Shown here in pieces: positions 1 to 13,072 of a stretch of DNA of 64,000 bases. The position numbers and the translations under genes are program-made. Origin of the DNA: Marsupella aquatica (lineage: Eukaryota; Plantae; Marchantiophyta); contig OZ316892.1 in the NCBI GenBank assembly GCA_973895155.1, forward strand, positions 25,753,233 through 25,817,232. Direction: 5' to 3'. How positions within the stretch are numbered: the first letter of the stretch is position 1; every line of letters starts with the position of its first letter. The notes below the pieces were generated by a model, which did not search any database, was not told where the DNA came from, and saw only the letters and a list, made by a program, of their open reading frames with translations.

Positions 1-804
1 TGTAGATTTTATGTGGCTGAAAAGGCGGGAGAAATGATTCTATCGCCAATAGAAGGGCCCTGTGGAAGGTGGGTACCGACATAGGCTGGTGCTCCTTTCA
101 GGAGTAATGATAACATGTGTCAACTTGTAACTATAGTAGAATCTATTCATGGCTTAACAAAATAGGCTAACCTCTAGTCAATTAGGAAATGCACACTTAC
201 ATCTCGTGTACAATTCAATTTTTATGTGAGTGTACTAGCCCGCGTGAGTATGCCCTCAAGGGCTCATGTACACACCTATAACCCATGTCCATCTTTACTC
301 ACAAGCACATTCTAAATGTTCTAATGTATTTGTTATGAGAGAGATTATGGTCTATGATTTCATTCTAAGAAGCAAATATTGAAAGGTATACTTTGATCAC
401 AAATTCTAGTATAGATAATATGTTTACATACAAGTGATGGGATGTAACCATGCAACTCAGATGGACCTGAAATCTGTTCAGAATACTCAGAATTTCAAGA
501 AAATTGGTGGACCATTTCTTGTAGGCTGGGATATTTGTTTCATCTTTTTTTGTCAATAACAATGAGCTACTAGTTTCACTCATCATGGGCTAACACGCCT
601 GCCCACACATCCATGCACACTGGGGTGAGTCACTTAAGAAGCACTTGTGCTCCACTTTGGGGATGGGGAGTGTAACATCATCTGTGAATTAGACCAAGGG
701 AGAGTAAATTTCACTTTTGTTGGTGGGGTGTGTTAAAACTTGAGTTTTATGAGCAGGGTAGGCACAAACACGTTAAGCAAAGATGACATTCAAAACGGCA
801 AATC

Positions 805-1370
805 CATGATCATCCAATGCACAAGTAGTTGACACAGAGAGATACATGGTTCATCTCAGTTGAGCCTACGCCTTGGCGACTGCTTCAACTGATACAAAGA
901 TTTAAACAGTCTGCAAACCAACTCTTCCTACCCTTTATTCACAAAACCTAATGCGGTTATCTCATGAAAATTAACTTTTCCAAGGTGTCATAGAAAACAA
1001 TTGTGACAACATCCATCTGATCTAACATCAGACTAAACAAAACAACAAGCACACTCAATATTCATATTGTAGAGTACTAGGTGAGAACACCTCATTATAA
1101 TCCACATGTTTCTCTTTTGTGAATCGCTTGGATACCAACCTAGCCTTGTAGACCTTTGATCCAGCTCATGTGGATTGGTTGGACTTCAGTTTGTAAGTCC
1201 ACTTGTTTCAAACCCCCATTTAGCCCCAATTTATTTGTTTTTCCCAATTTTCTATTGGTTATTGCTTGTCTCGAGAGCAATTGTTGAGCACAGACTACAT
1301 TCACAATGACAAGCCCATGATCATCCAATGCACAAGTAGCCAACATAGAGAGATACATGGTTCATCTCAA
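805..1370. repeat. ~55-bp dispersed direct repeat (~805-860 and ~1316-1370) in degenerate repetitive DNA
   Basis: CCATGATCATCCAATGCACAAGTAG..ACA.AGAGAGATACATGGTTCATCTCA occurs twice. Confidence 0.7.
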
Positions 1371-4300
1371 CTAAGGTTAGGTCATGGAAACACATGAGAG
1401 CTTTATTGCACTCTAGGCCCATTGACAATATTGAGACTTTGCAATACAAGTTCTCCTTATCTCTCAATTGGCTCTGTAATTAACTTGAGTTCTTACTATC
1501 CAAGCAAACACCGCTTGAGATATAGTGTGCACAATGACTAAACTAACCAAGGTTGCAACTAGGGTTAGCCCTAATTATTTGTTGCTACAATCATAACCCT
1601 AGACTTGAGAGCAAAACACACACCTGCCAAGACACACTAAAGTAGTGTAATGGTAAACTATACAAATATATGACAAAGACCTACAAATCCAGGAGCCTAC
1701 AACTTTCATGATTGGGTACATTTTCACCAAATTTGATATTTCACAGATGAATTGAGGATGTTACATTGAGGATTGAATGTAGTTTGGACATAGTGTCTTG
1801 GATTAAACCAATTTTCAAAGTTGAGCCCTCCCTTTACGTTTGACATAGAATCCAATGGCTCTTCATCTAACATAGTCGCTCTAACATAGAGAATGGAGAA
1901 GCAATAAATGCCATCAATGCCAAAGAGTACAAAGAGCAGCAAGCTTATAAACCTTGAAACACCCTTGTCACTTATTAGACTGACCTCCACCAAGTTTCAC
2001 TACTTATAGCAAACTAGCCCAATGTCTGTGAGTTGCATAACTGCTTTTGTGTCCATATTGTTGTTGTGGCCATGTGGGTTGCTACAACCATGTTGACATC
2101 AGTGATGGGGTGACTGCCGGGGGGGGGGGGGGGGGGGGAGCACAAAACAGGCAAAGGCAACAGGGTGAGACACACTTGCATGACCCTGGGGTAGAAGGAG
2201 ACCAGTTTTCCATCCCCTGTGGCCTCCCCCCTCTTTCTATCCTTCCTCCCAAGGTGTCCACCCCCTCCTACCCTTGCTAGCAAATTCCTGACTTCTTTGT
2301 TGCTATCAAGGGCCTATGTTGCCAATGAATGTGTGTGAGTGTTTGTCAGCTTTCTTGCCGACTAGTTTTACTTGCTACCATCTTCTATTAATGGAGGATT
2401 GGTGGGACATAAAAGACAGTCAAGATTAATCCATATCATCAAAAGAAACTCACCTTAGCACTAGGTACACGAGTTCACACAACAACGCACATAAGTTTAA
2501 AAATAAATAAATGATAATGCTGGGATTCAGACACACTGTAACCTGCTGTAGGGCTCCAAAATATGTTGATTTCAGTTTCATTTCTTGTTTCTTGGCAAGA
2601 TGAGGAAGGTCTTGAATCAGGAGGATCTGAAGCAACAGCATGCACAAGAGAACTGAAAGGAGCGCATGATGTGGAAAGGAAGATAAGAATACTTTGAGAT
2701 AAAATGGAATTAATATTTCGTGCACTCCACGATGATGGTGGCACTACAATAATCAGCTATTAAATTGAATTGTCTGACTCTACCTTTGGCGGTGCTCTAA
2801 TAGCATAACTTGGATGTTCAAAAGTGCTCTTTCATTACAGTGCAAGGAACATCCACCATCATGAAATTGATTAGCCCAATCACATAAAGTTGTAAGAAAT
2901 CATTTGGCAGGATACAGAATTTTCAAACATCAAATGTTCCTACCGACATTTGCAACGATCGTCTCCTCGTACATGGAATTTGATCCAAAGAAACATGAAC
3001 AGACAATATGGTCTGCCACTAACAATGATTTTGACCCTACTTTATACACAACTCGACAAACATAGTGGTCCCCCCCCCCCCCTCCCCCACATTAGAAAAA
3101 AGTCATAGAATACGTTTGCTACAATGGAAGAACCTTTACCATTTCTGGGGTTTTCGATTCTTTTGTTTTGGGTGGGGTCCTTGCGCACATCAGCACATGA
3201 TTCCGAACATGTTTCGTGCACATATGGCTGTTTCTCTTACATTCCTCGTTTTTCTACTATGTGCTAATTTCCAGTCCTGCACAATTGTGCTCATACTTCA
3301 AGTTTGATGCTTGCATGGACCACAAAGTTTTTAAGAACTAGAGGACAAAAATTGAGAGCTCACATGTATTTCACCAGGTAGACCTAAAGAGATGGTCAAG
3401 TGATGCATTTAATAATAAAGTATTCACAGAATGAGTATAGACTGATGAGAGATTTTTCCAAAAGATCACCTCAAGAGGTGGTCTAAACATTGACCAACAG
3501 TGTGGCCAAAAGTAGACTGTTCACATAGCCTTTTGCGGGACCCCCCAGTCATGTAAGATTGGGGAATGTCTTGTAAGAGTGACTCCTCAATCTGATGTAA
3601 AGCCAAAGTGTAGCGGTCACTTGATATGAAGTGTTGTGATGAAATCTACAACAAAATCTTGGACGCGGTCAGTCAATATTTTTACTCTCCTTCCTGTAAA
3701 CCTCCCATTAGGACTACTACTATTTTGGATGCCAAGCACTTTATGGCATCCAAAAAGGTATGATCTTACATGACGGTGTTTTGTTTAAGGAAAAGCAAAA
3801 GGAAACGAAGCCCGAGTGACAGGGCTGCGCTATGAAATGGGTCACTAGGGCAAATGAAAACACACTAAAATGAAGTTGATGTATAGGTGGTTGTAGTTTC
3901 TTGACTGTTGTGTGAGGTGGAGAGGGTGTTGGGTATGTATGGCCTCTGTGTACTATGTGCCAAACGAGTCTTGTATGGGTTGGTCTCTTGGCTGGTCCGA
4001 TTTCTGTGTTAAATTGTCCTATACCTGTTACTTGGCAAACGATGCATCTGAAACCATAACGTAGACAGTCTGCTAATGAGGCTCTAGACTTTACAACATC
4101 AACTACTATAATAAGGGCCCCTACCTGTGAATGCCCTCCTGTCATTCGCCTAGGTGACCTACCTTGCAGGCTCTCCCACTCACTCCCAGCATAGGACCCT
4201 GTACCCTACAGATGGTTTGTTAATAAAAGATTTATTAACAAACGTTATTTTATATGCAGTTCCTTGTGGACTCGAGCTACAATCTCTGTTTGGACTAAAT

Positions 4301-6642
4301 ATCACCCCCAATGGTGGACTAATCAGATGACTATGATACCGAAAATTCCTGAAAATAAGAAAATACGGCTGTACTCTATGAGAAATAAGCACTACTGTAG
4401 GGCTTACACAAGTACTTGTTCTATATCACTAAGTATATGGAACGTTGGCTTAGTCCAAGGCATCTTTACACCATGGACCCTTTTACACTTCAAACCGTAC
4501 TATAGACCCTAGACATAACAGGTGGACCCAATCGCCTCTCCGCCTTTATGGAAAGAATTCAAGGAATCGACGGTACCAGAGCTCAAATCGTCCTCTCACA
4601 TATATTGACCGTCGATCCTACACGTACATTTCCCTTCTGACATCGTCTGTCTTCTAGAACGAGCAGCAGCGAGACAGTCAGAGACACGTGGGAAAGAGTC
4701 ATAACTGTCCATAACTGCCCATCGTTACCGTACATGTCAAGTCATCCCCTTCTTTAATTCTTTACATGTTCTAGAGCAGTTTCCGTGCGTTCTAGTACCG
4801 AAGGCCCGATTCGTGAAAGACCCGGGAAGCCCATCGAGGGCACGTGGCAGCGGTCTGCGTGGGGGCAGTTTGGGCAGTGGCTGGTCTTTTTGGGGCACTA
4901 GAGTTCGCTAAGGACAAGGAATGATGTGCTCCTGGATAAAGGGGAGGATAACGCCGGACGAGAAAGAAAGTTCCGGGAGAGTCGCCGGGGAAAAAGCGGC
5001 CGTCAAATCTCACCGCTAAACCTGACAACTATCACCCGCCTACTTTTTTTTCTTCTTCTTCTTTTCTCCTTCTTTTTTTCTTGAAAGGAGCACTATACTT
5101 GAATGAGAGTAAAGCCCATTAAATCAACTATGACCCGCCTACTTTTTAATGTGTTTTATTTGCGAGAAAAGAGATTTTCGGAAACTAAGGGAGCCAAAGG
5201 TTCATAAACCCTCATTTTTGGGGGTCTTTCTATGGATGGTTATGAATGATAACCTCTTGCCGGGGTGGTCTGGGTTTTATGAGATTTTGGTCCCATGGTT
5301 AGCCCGTTTGCAGCCTTATCCCATATAAGGCAAAAACGTTTTGGTAAAAAAAGAGCAAAAGTACACTCCGAGGTTCTGCTCTTTATTCCATGGCCACTCC
5401 AGGGTCATGGCTATAACCCATTGGGCTCACCTCCCTTGGGGATTACATTCTATAATCCCCTTAATGCCCATGCATTTTATTGTTATTGTTGTGGTTCTGC
5501 TGAAGGTATGGATTTTGATTTTGACTAATTAACCTCAGGCAAATTTCTCTTCCCTACTCTGTCATGGAGTTTAGTCCTGAGTTTGACCCTACCTTTCAGT
5601 CTACCGTTGAGTAGGGCTTTAATTCCTTTGTCGGTGTGTGGTACTCTCTTGAGCTCTTTGCTCTTCCTGGGTTTTCCTTTGCTTTCTACTCTTTATTGGG
5701 GCATCTCAAACTTGAAGGACTGCAGAAAGATCTGCAGCCCACAAGTGAGAGTTACATACTGTGGTCACAAGTGGGAGGACAAGCTTTTACAAGTCTGCAA
5801 CTTTACTTCCGGGACAACGTGTGTGACCATGACCAAAGTCAAAAGCAAGAGACTCTACACCCCCTATTGAGTCTCCCTGTGTGTGGTATTTAATTTATTA
5901 AAAAAGTGTAGTTGAAGCAGGAAGCAGAAATATTGGTGAAACTAAAGTGAGGAGAAAGTGGCTACACAATATGGAGCAAGACTTTAGTACGCACAAATTC
6001 TTAACATATAGTCTTGGACATAGAAGACTATGGCTGAATAAGAATTTGGAGGCAAAGTCAATCCAATAAGGACGTAGAGAGTGTGAAAGGCAAAAGGTTA
6101 CAGGTGCATGTTTCCTCATGAGGCAAACGGCCAGGGTTGAGGGAAAGGTGAACCTGGAGGGGGAGCGAGGGCACGGAGTTGAGCCCAGAGTGGAAGTGCC
6201 CACGACCAGATCCAGGCTGGAGGGCCCTAGAAGGGGCTGGCGTGCAAGTGAGAGCCATGCACAGACTCATCTTTGTGAGGCGGGTGGCCATGGTCATGGG
6301 GCAAGGCTGTCAGGGGCCATGTCCAGGCCTGAGGGCTGCAAAGGAGGTGAGGTGATGGGTGGGAAGGCAGGTAGTTGAGACCAGGGTTGCGCACACCCCA
6401 CTTGGATTGCCCAGGGTTTGGTGGACGTATAGGGTAATGACGGGTTTGGTCTGGGGTTACTAGTCTGTAAACTTGTGACCAGAAAGTGAGGAACAGGTTT
6501 TAGACTTTCTGGGAGCATATTTTAGACTAGAACCCCAGTCTAAACAGTCATTATCATAAGTAATACCTACATATTGGGCAGAGGGTTATGGAAATGGTGG
6601 CACCTAGTATAAATGGTTACACACCGGTAACCTTTCTTCATG

Positions 6643-6665
6643 ACACACACACACACACACACACA
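6643..6665. repeat. (AC)n microsatellite
   Basis: acacacacacacacacacacaca. Confidence 0.9.
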
Positions 6666-7687
6666 ACTAGATGTAGGCAGCAGGGTTGAGTAGCTTCTTT
6701 GTGTTGTGGCCTGTGGAGTGGGTGTAGCCCAGTTTGAGCCAAATACAAGGTCAGCAAGATAGGCAGCATCAAGCTATGATAGCCTGAGTTTGTTTCCATT
6801 CGAATCACATTATTTTGGAGACCACAGGTGAGAAAAGAGGGGGATCCTTTTCAAAGTAATTTAAATGTTGTTTTATTGAGTAAGTTGAATAAGAAGTAGA
6901 ATTTCCCAAGGGAGTGAACTGGTAAGCTTTAACCAGACTTTTAAAAATTCTGAAATCAAATCTTTTCAGGTGTTGTCAAAAGGCTGAGTGGGGATGGGTT
7001 GTGATATACTCCTGCTGGACTATGAGACACCCTGGTATTCTCTTTGCATTTCATGAGTTCTTGAAGCATCCTTCACATGTGGCAGTAAAGGTGACAATGC
7101 CCTAGGGAGAATGCATTCCCCTGCTAATATAGTTACAATGCTAATGAAACCTAGTGAGGATAGACCAAGTTTTTCCTTATGTAGACATATTCTTCAGAAT
7201 TTAAGAGCATCCACTAAATTCCGCAGGGAGACCGCACCATCCATATGTTGGCGCCCCCAAATCAAACCAAACAGAAGTTCCAATAATCTTTTTGGGCGAG
7301 AGCAACTACTGATTCAATTTTGTCACATGGGCAGCTAAAAAATATTCTATGTGGAGTTGAACAATAATGTGGCTGCCCTGAGAGCTTATCCAGCAGTGAG
7401 GCATCTGCAAACTGCAAGAAACCCTATTCCTGGCCAACAAAAGAGGCCCCAATATTTATGCACACGCCTGCAAAACTTGCCAAAGCCCACCAGTCACAAA
7501 CAATTTTGACCGCCATCCCTGGACTCAAGTTTATCTTTCAAAAAGTAGACAACAAAAACTATAGAAACCACATGTGATACAAAAAAAATATTTTTGATGA
7601 AAATTATGTAATTCTTAAGGGCATATGAGGTGAAAGACGGTGTTATACACTCAACTTTTATAGAATATTTTTCAAAGTATAGTTTTC

Positions 7688-7771
7688 ATATAAGGTCAGG
7701 ATTGCACTAGGTTTTTATATGAGGTCAGGATTGCACTAAGTTATTATATGAGGTCAGGATTGCACTAAGTT
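7688..7771. repeat. ~29-bp tandem repeat, 3 copies
   Basis: ATAT(A/G)AGGTCAGGATTGCACTA(A/G)GTT repeated three times. Confidence 0.9.
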
Positions 7772-8655
7772 AAGCCCTTGAGGTTTACCTTGCACAATCC
7801 ACCAACACACTCGGGCTTTAAGCTTGTTGTACAAAATCTATTGTATTCTGGTGCAAGCCTGGCTTTTGAACAGGGGTTGCTGCATGGTGTTTGGAAAATC
7901 ATAGATTCACATGCGGGTTGATGGAGGGTTGCCTCCTCAGTGCCTTTCTACCAGAAGATGGAGGTTAGGAGACATTGAATATGGCAGTCACCAAACAAAT
8001 TTCCTGGATGGAAGCAATGTTGGAGTGCCTACTCACCAAATATATGCTATGAGAAAGGAGCAGTTGCAGGGCTGATAGCCCCTAAGAAGGGCACCCTCAA
8101 CCCCAAGCCCTAAACTTCTCACGAAATGAATTTGAAATATTCTTCTAGTCTAGAATGGTATCCTTGTTTTGATCTGTTCCTTTCGTTAATGTAATGGATT
8201 ATTTTCTCTGAAATGTGCTGTTTCAGAAAAATTTCAGAAAAATTGGATGAGAATCTGATCATTGACAAAATTTACATCTCGTCCTGAGGGCCATAAATTA
8301 TGTCCCATACGTGTCATCTTCTGAGTCAGTATCCTGAATCATCACTCATCGCCTAATCAATTTGATCTAGTTCATTATACTTCATTCAATTCTGGCCCTG
8401 GCATACAAACTTATGATAGAAATGCTATCATTTTTCCATAAGATAAATGATAGACTGACATGAAAAAACAATATAATAATACAGCATGTTGGAATGAAGA
8501 ATTATGTTACCTACCAAATACCAAGTACAGTCTTGGAAGCGGTCTGTGTCATGATATGATTTGAATAATTAGGAAATGTCCAGACTATCATTGTAAGGAA
8601 AAGAGACCCAACAACCAAGTAAGAGAAAAGTCTCAAGCTAGGCCACGAAATCTAT

Positions 8656-9603
8656 TCACAAACCTTCCAAAGGCATTATAATATGCAACGAGACTTTTTC
8701 TTTCTCATGGTCATTAATGAGCCTTCTCGCTGGGAGTCTCCATTCTGGTTGGAGGACTCTGGTTGGAGGACTCCCTGACACTTTGGTTATGGTGAGTTTT
8801 TGTCCTGACCATGAGATGGACCTAATAAAGTGCCATTCTGTATATTTTCCATGCCCACCCAGTGACTTTCCCTGCACTTTGCACACTCCTTGTAATCCAC
8901 CTTCCAGATCGACTTGCCAATTCTTTGTAGTGTTCAACTGCCTGGCCATCTCATACATTTGGCAACACTGCCACTAGACATCACTTCGATTGACAATACT
9001 CTGCAATGCACATTGGGCTAGTAGGCCACAATTTCTCTGGTACCAGACAATTTTGACATTGAGACTATGCTTGTGATCGACAATAGGGATGGGGACTGTG
9101 GGTATAAGGTGCCCTTTGTGTGCACATGCACAAGTGTCTAGGCTAATAAGACACCTTTGTGAATCATGTGTAGGTTGTTTTCTAACATGAAGCTTGACCA
9201 GTACAAGGGACATGACAGCGCAAGCTATTTGGCTTACAAATCTCATGATATACCTTGTTCAAGAGAACAGTGGAGGGTCACTTTGCCTTGGCCAGAAATT
9301 TCAAAAACCCAGCCGGAAACACATAGAAAGTAAAATTTGGTTTTGCGTGGTGGTCCAAGCCCATGCCAGAATGGTATTTTCCTCCTTGTCTAACAGTAAC
9401 AGGCGGCCTTTGTCAAGCAGTATTTTGGTTTTGTGGTGCCTGATTAATGTCAGGCAGGGCCTTGTTTTGACATAGAAAGTAGGGCAGGTTTTACCGTCAA
9501 TTCTACCCCCAAAAAGAGCTGTGAAAAGAAAACAGTGGAGCTTTGTCAATCTTCTTCCATTGAGAGTTGAGGTGGTCAAGAGGCATCTAAACTTGTGACA
9601 CAA
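8656..9603 (-). pseudogene. Degenerate ~316-codon reading frame of unknown family, probably TE-derived
   Basis: ORFs 9301-9603, 8974-9246 and 8656-8958 share one frame and are separated by only three stops; no motif recognised. Confidence 0.35.
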
Positions 9604-10297
9604 GTTCTTTATAGATTCCTATTAAAGCTTGATGGCTTGACAAAATCTTCTCCCCACACACCATCCCAATGTACTGTAGATCTTCTTTTGTAACCAGAAA
9701 CACAAATCCAAATAAAACAACCAGAGGGGTCTTGTGTAGTCTATCCAGCATTTAGGGGAACAATTGATTACTTTCCTATATAGTCTACCATGTCTAATTG
9801 CAGGCTGCCGGGATGATGCCCCAAGTTTTCACTTGTCCACAGTATGCACTATGCTATAAGTGCTCTGGATATCATATATGCACTTCTCCATATGTGCATG
9901 GTTGCACTACACAACAAGTGCATGAGAAATCTCTTATGCACCTTCTCATATATGTTCAGGTCACACACATCAGACTCCTTATAACCTTGAGCCCTGATAT
10001 TGATTGAACTTGATAAGTGCATGAAACAGCTTCATGTAATACTCTGCTGAACTTATCAATGAATACTTCTTATTGATGTGTTGCATATTGATGTGTTGCA
10101 GTAACTGATAAATGCATGTGTACACTTATCGATGAAAATACCGACCATATTTTGTCTTTCTGTGAGTGTCAACTTGCACTCATGCAAATTGCACTTTTGG
10201 TGTTTTTTACAAGGAAATTGCTGTAATAGTTACTACATGGCTGGCCAACACACCATGGAATGCACTTATACATGTTGCACTTATGCATGATAGACTG

Positions 10298-10762
10298 TAC
10301 TCCAAATTAGTCAAAATGATTGACCTGCCCCCAGAAGTAATTTAATTATTAGGTCTCCCCCCATTTGCATGTGGGTTGGCTCAACCAGACTACACTAACC
10401 CAAGATGAGATGTAATTGCTCTGGGGACACGTGGAGGCTCGTAAATTTGTCTAAGCTAATCCCCTCTGACCATGAAAATGTAGAAAATGAGGGGACCAAA
10501 ATGCAGATATTTTTGCTCAAATACAGAAGACCCACATTCTGGCAGGTGTCAAATGGCAGAACCTGGTCCAGGATGACTACCGTTTGGAGGGTGTTAGCAC
10601 AGGCAAATCTCAAGCCTCTCCACTAACCAATCATGTGCCACCTTGAGTTAGTGTGTTTGAGTTAAACCAACCCATACACAAATGTGGGGCAACCTGATAA
10701 TGAAATAGTTTTGGGATATATACTTTTGGGGCAGTTAGGAATTTGAACCAATTTGCGGGATA
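10298..10762. mobile_element. Old MITE-like element with ~110-bp degenerate terminal inverted repeats
   Basis: Left CAAATTAGTCAAAAT..CTGCCCCCAGAAGTA..CCCCATTTGCATGTGGGTTGG..ACACTAACCCAAG matches the reverse complement of right CTTGAGTTAGTGT..CCAACCCATACACAAATGTGGGG..TACTTTTGGGGCAG..ATTTGAACCAATTTG. Confidence 0.6.
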
Positions 10763-13072
10763 GGATAGTGAAGCACCACTCGATATTCTACTATATTTTG
10801 ACAAAAGTCGCTAATTGCAAATGAGAATCCTGAAGGAGCTTATGGGAGGTTACCAGTGGTTACCCAACGTTTTTAATAATTGAGTAGTTATCAACCATGC
10901 ATTGAAAGCCATGGAAATGTTTCTTACCTACCAGGCTAACGATACATTCTCCTGAGTGATATTTGACTTTAAAGAAGTGAGGTAAAGTATGAGGACCATT
11001 AGCACTTAGCAGAGATAAACGACACAGCAAACGACTTGCAAATATAATTGCTGTGGTCTGGATTCAACGCATACATTGTCAAGGGGAGCATTTATGACAA
11101 TCCAGACTAAGAATACACAAGGACTGTAAATTATCAGTACGTTTGACTTGGACACCTTTACTTACTTCCTTTTGCATTCCTTTTGGAAAGCCATTACATT
11201 TTTTGAGGCACAAATTTGATTTGATTTATTAAATTAAAGTGTAGCAACAGCCCTTGACACATGCTGGCTTTTTCCTGGACATTGACATATTATCTTCACA
11301 ATAATATAGATTGGTAATTAACAGTGCGACACAGATTAAGGTCATGGGTTTGAGTTTGTGGACTTTGGATGAGTTTATTTTAAGGCACGGTCTCAGAACC
11401 AATGCCCCAGGCTTTATGTAGTACTGAAACCTTACACCCAGGCGTGTTCTATTCAACTGAAGCGTCCAGGGCCTTGTGTCTAAAAAAGTTTGAAGAAGAC
11501 TTCCTCGTACATAGGGTGTTATCGTTGACAAGGCCTTTTTATTTGAAGAATTGGGTTTTTGTTGTAGAATGCTTATTAGGACCACCTCCTCTTAAATTTT
11601 CTGATTGTGATGTGGCCCCTCACAAAGCTGTACATTTGAACACAATAAAGTGGCTGTCATATAATTAGAAAATAATCATTTTGTGGTTGGAAATGCTATT
11701 GTTTCCCATTTTTGAATAAAACCCCTGGGTCTTGTTGTAGGGGTAGATGATGGCATTCGACCTTCATAGTTTGCCCAGGTCCTCCATCACATGTCTGAGA
11801 GTCCAGTTCCTCGGTTACTCAGACTCCCTTTGTTGGGATGCCTGTTATTCCCATTTTTCAATAGCACACTCAGGTACATGACATGTGTTCTCCTTAATGT
11901 TGGATGAAAAGTTGCCAACGGTCGAAAAGAACAGCTTCATTCCCCTAAAATGGTATCCTCAATTTATTTGGACTGATTAAATCACGCAAAGCTGAGAAGT
12001 CATTATTATGAGAGTCTGAATGCCGTTTGCGTTATGTCCGCATTACTGCTTTGACTGGAACAAGTTGAAACTCTACTTATCCTCATTCAGCTTCATCCAC
12101 AGTGCATTTGGTTAAGGTTGGCTCCAATACATTCAATCACCATTGCGTCATTCACTTATCCACATGCCCACTAGCACGTATCAGAGTAGAAGGATCCCTT
12201 CACAAACTTCGGCGATGGTATGTCACCTTCGCCAGGTAGATTGCCACAGTCAATTATATCACACCAGCAATCCATCCACATTCGGATGACGCTCGCAAAT
12301 AGTGTAAACATGAACTGACTGGTACAACCAATTTATGAACCTCTCCATCTTGCTTTGCCCTGCATCCTCAATATCAGCAGGTCATACTTTGACCTACTTA
12401 GAGGAGGATTTATTTTTAGAATGCGTCATACAAAGGGCCCCACAATTCTCAGGTATTTGTTATAAGCCACTACAATTACAGAGAGAATTCTCTCACTACC
12501 CATCGGAACAATTCAGTTGCTCTAAACTTCAACTCTTCGGGAAAAAAATACAATTCGCAGCGAGGTCATTTTCGTAACTGGCCTCACCATAAAATAATGA
12601 ATGTTTACAATGACGAATCAGAATTGGTGTCGAAAACGGGACAAATTGCAAGCAGGCACTTCCCCACTGCACACATTCAACAGCATAAGACACTGTTAGG
12701 ATAGACTTGGCACATAATACGTTTGTCCTTGGAAGGACTACCAAAGATCTGAATCACACCAAACCAAACCAAACCAAACCAAACAAAACCAAAGTTATGA
12801 CAAAAGAATGTCCCTCAGCACATGATGCCTTTTTCATCATGTGCTTGCATGCAGGTCAACACAAAAAGATCACCGCCACGCCAACCAATGGAAGGGGGCA
12901 ATGAAACTCTAGTTTTACTGTGCAAGCTCAGATTACTAAACTGCTCATCATCGGGACAAACAACAGGAAGTCCGCTACCCTTTACATCCCCATGAAAACA
13001 AATGTGAAAGCTAATCTTGCTCTGCCACTCTTAAGACCCACGGACCTGTGCCATCTCCTGACGGTAGAGGTC

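Noticed and set aside
1125-1140. Possible minus-strand PBS (GATACCA)
   Set aside because: Too short, with no paired LTRs or coding remnants to support it.
2119-2138. Poly-G/poly-C tracts (also ~3069 and ~33104)
   Set aside because: Simple homopolymers with no further structure.
4600-5372. CpG-rich segment ending AGTACACTCCGAG, resembling the P-like right TIR
   Set aside because: Only the last few bases match, and I found no partner TIR or TSD in the window.
5900-6900. Solo-LTR-like segment with TATA box and CA repeat
   Set aside because: No definable TG..CA boundaries or TSD.
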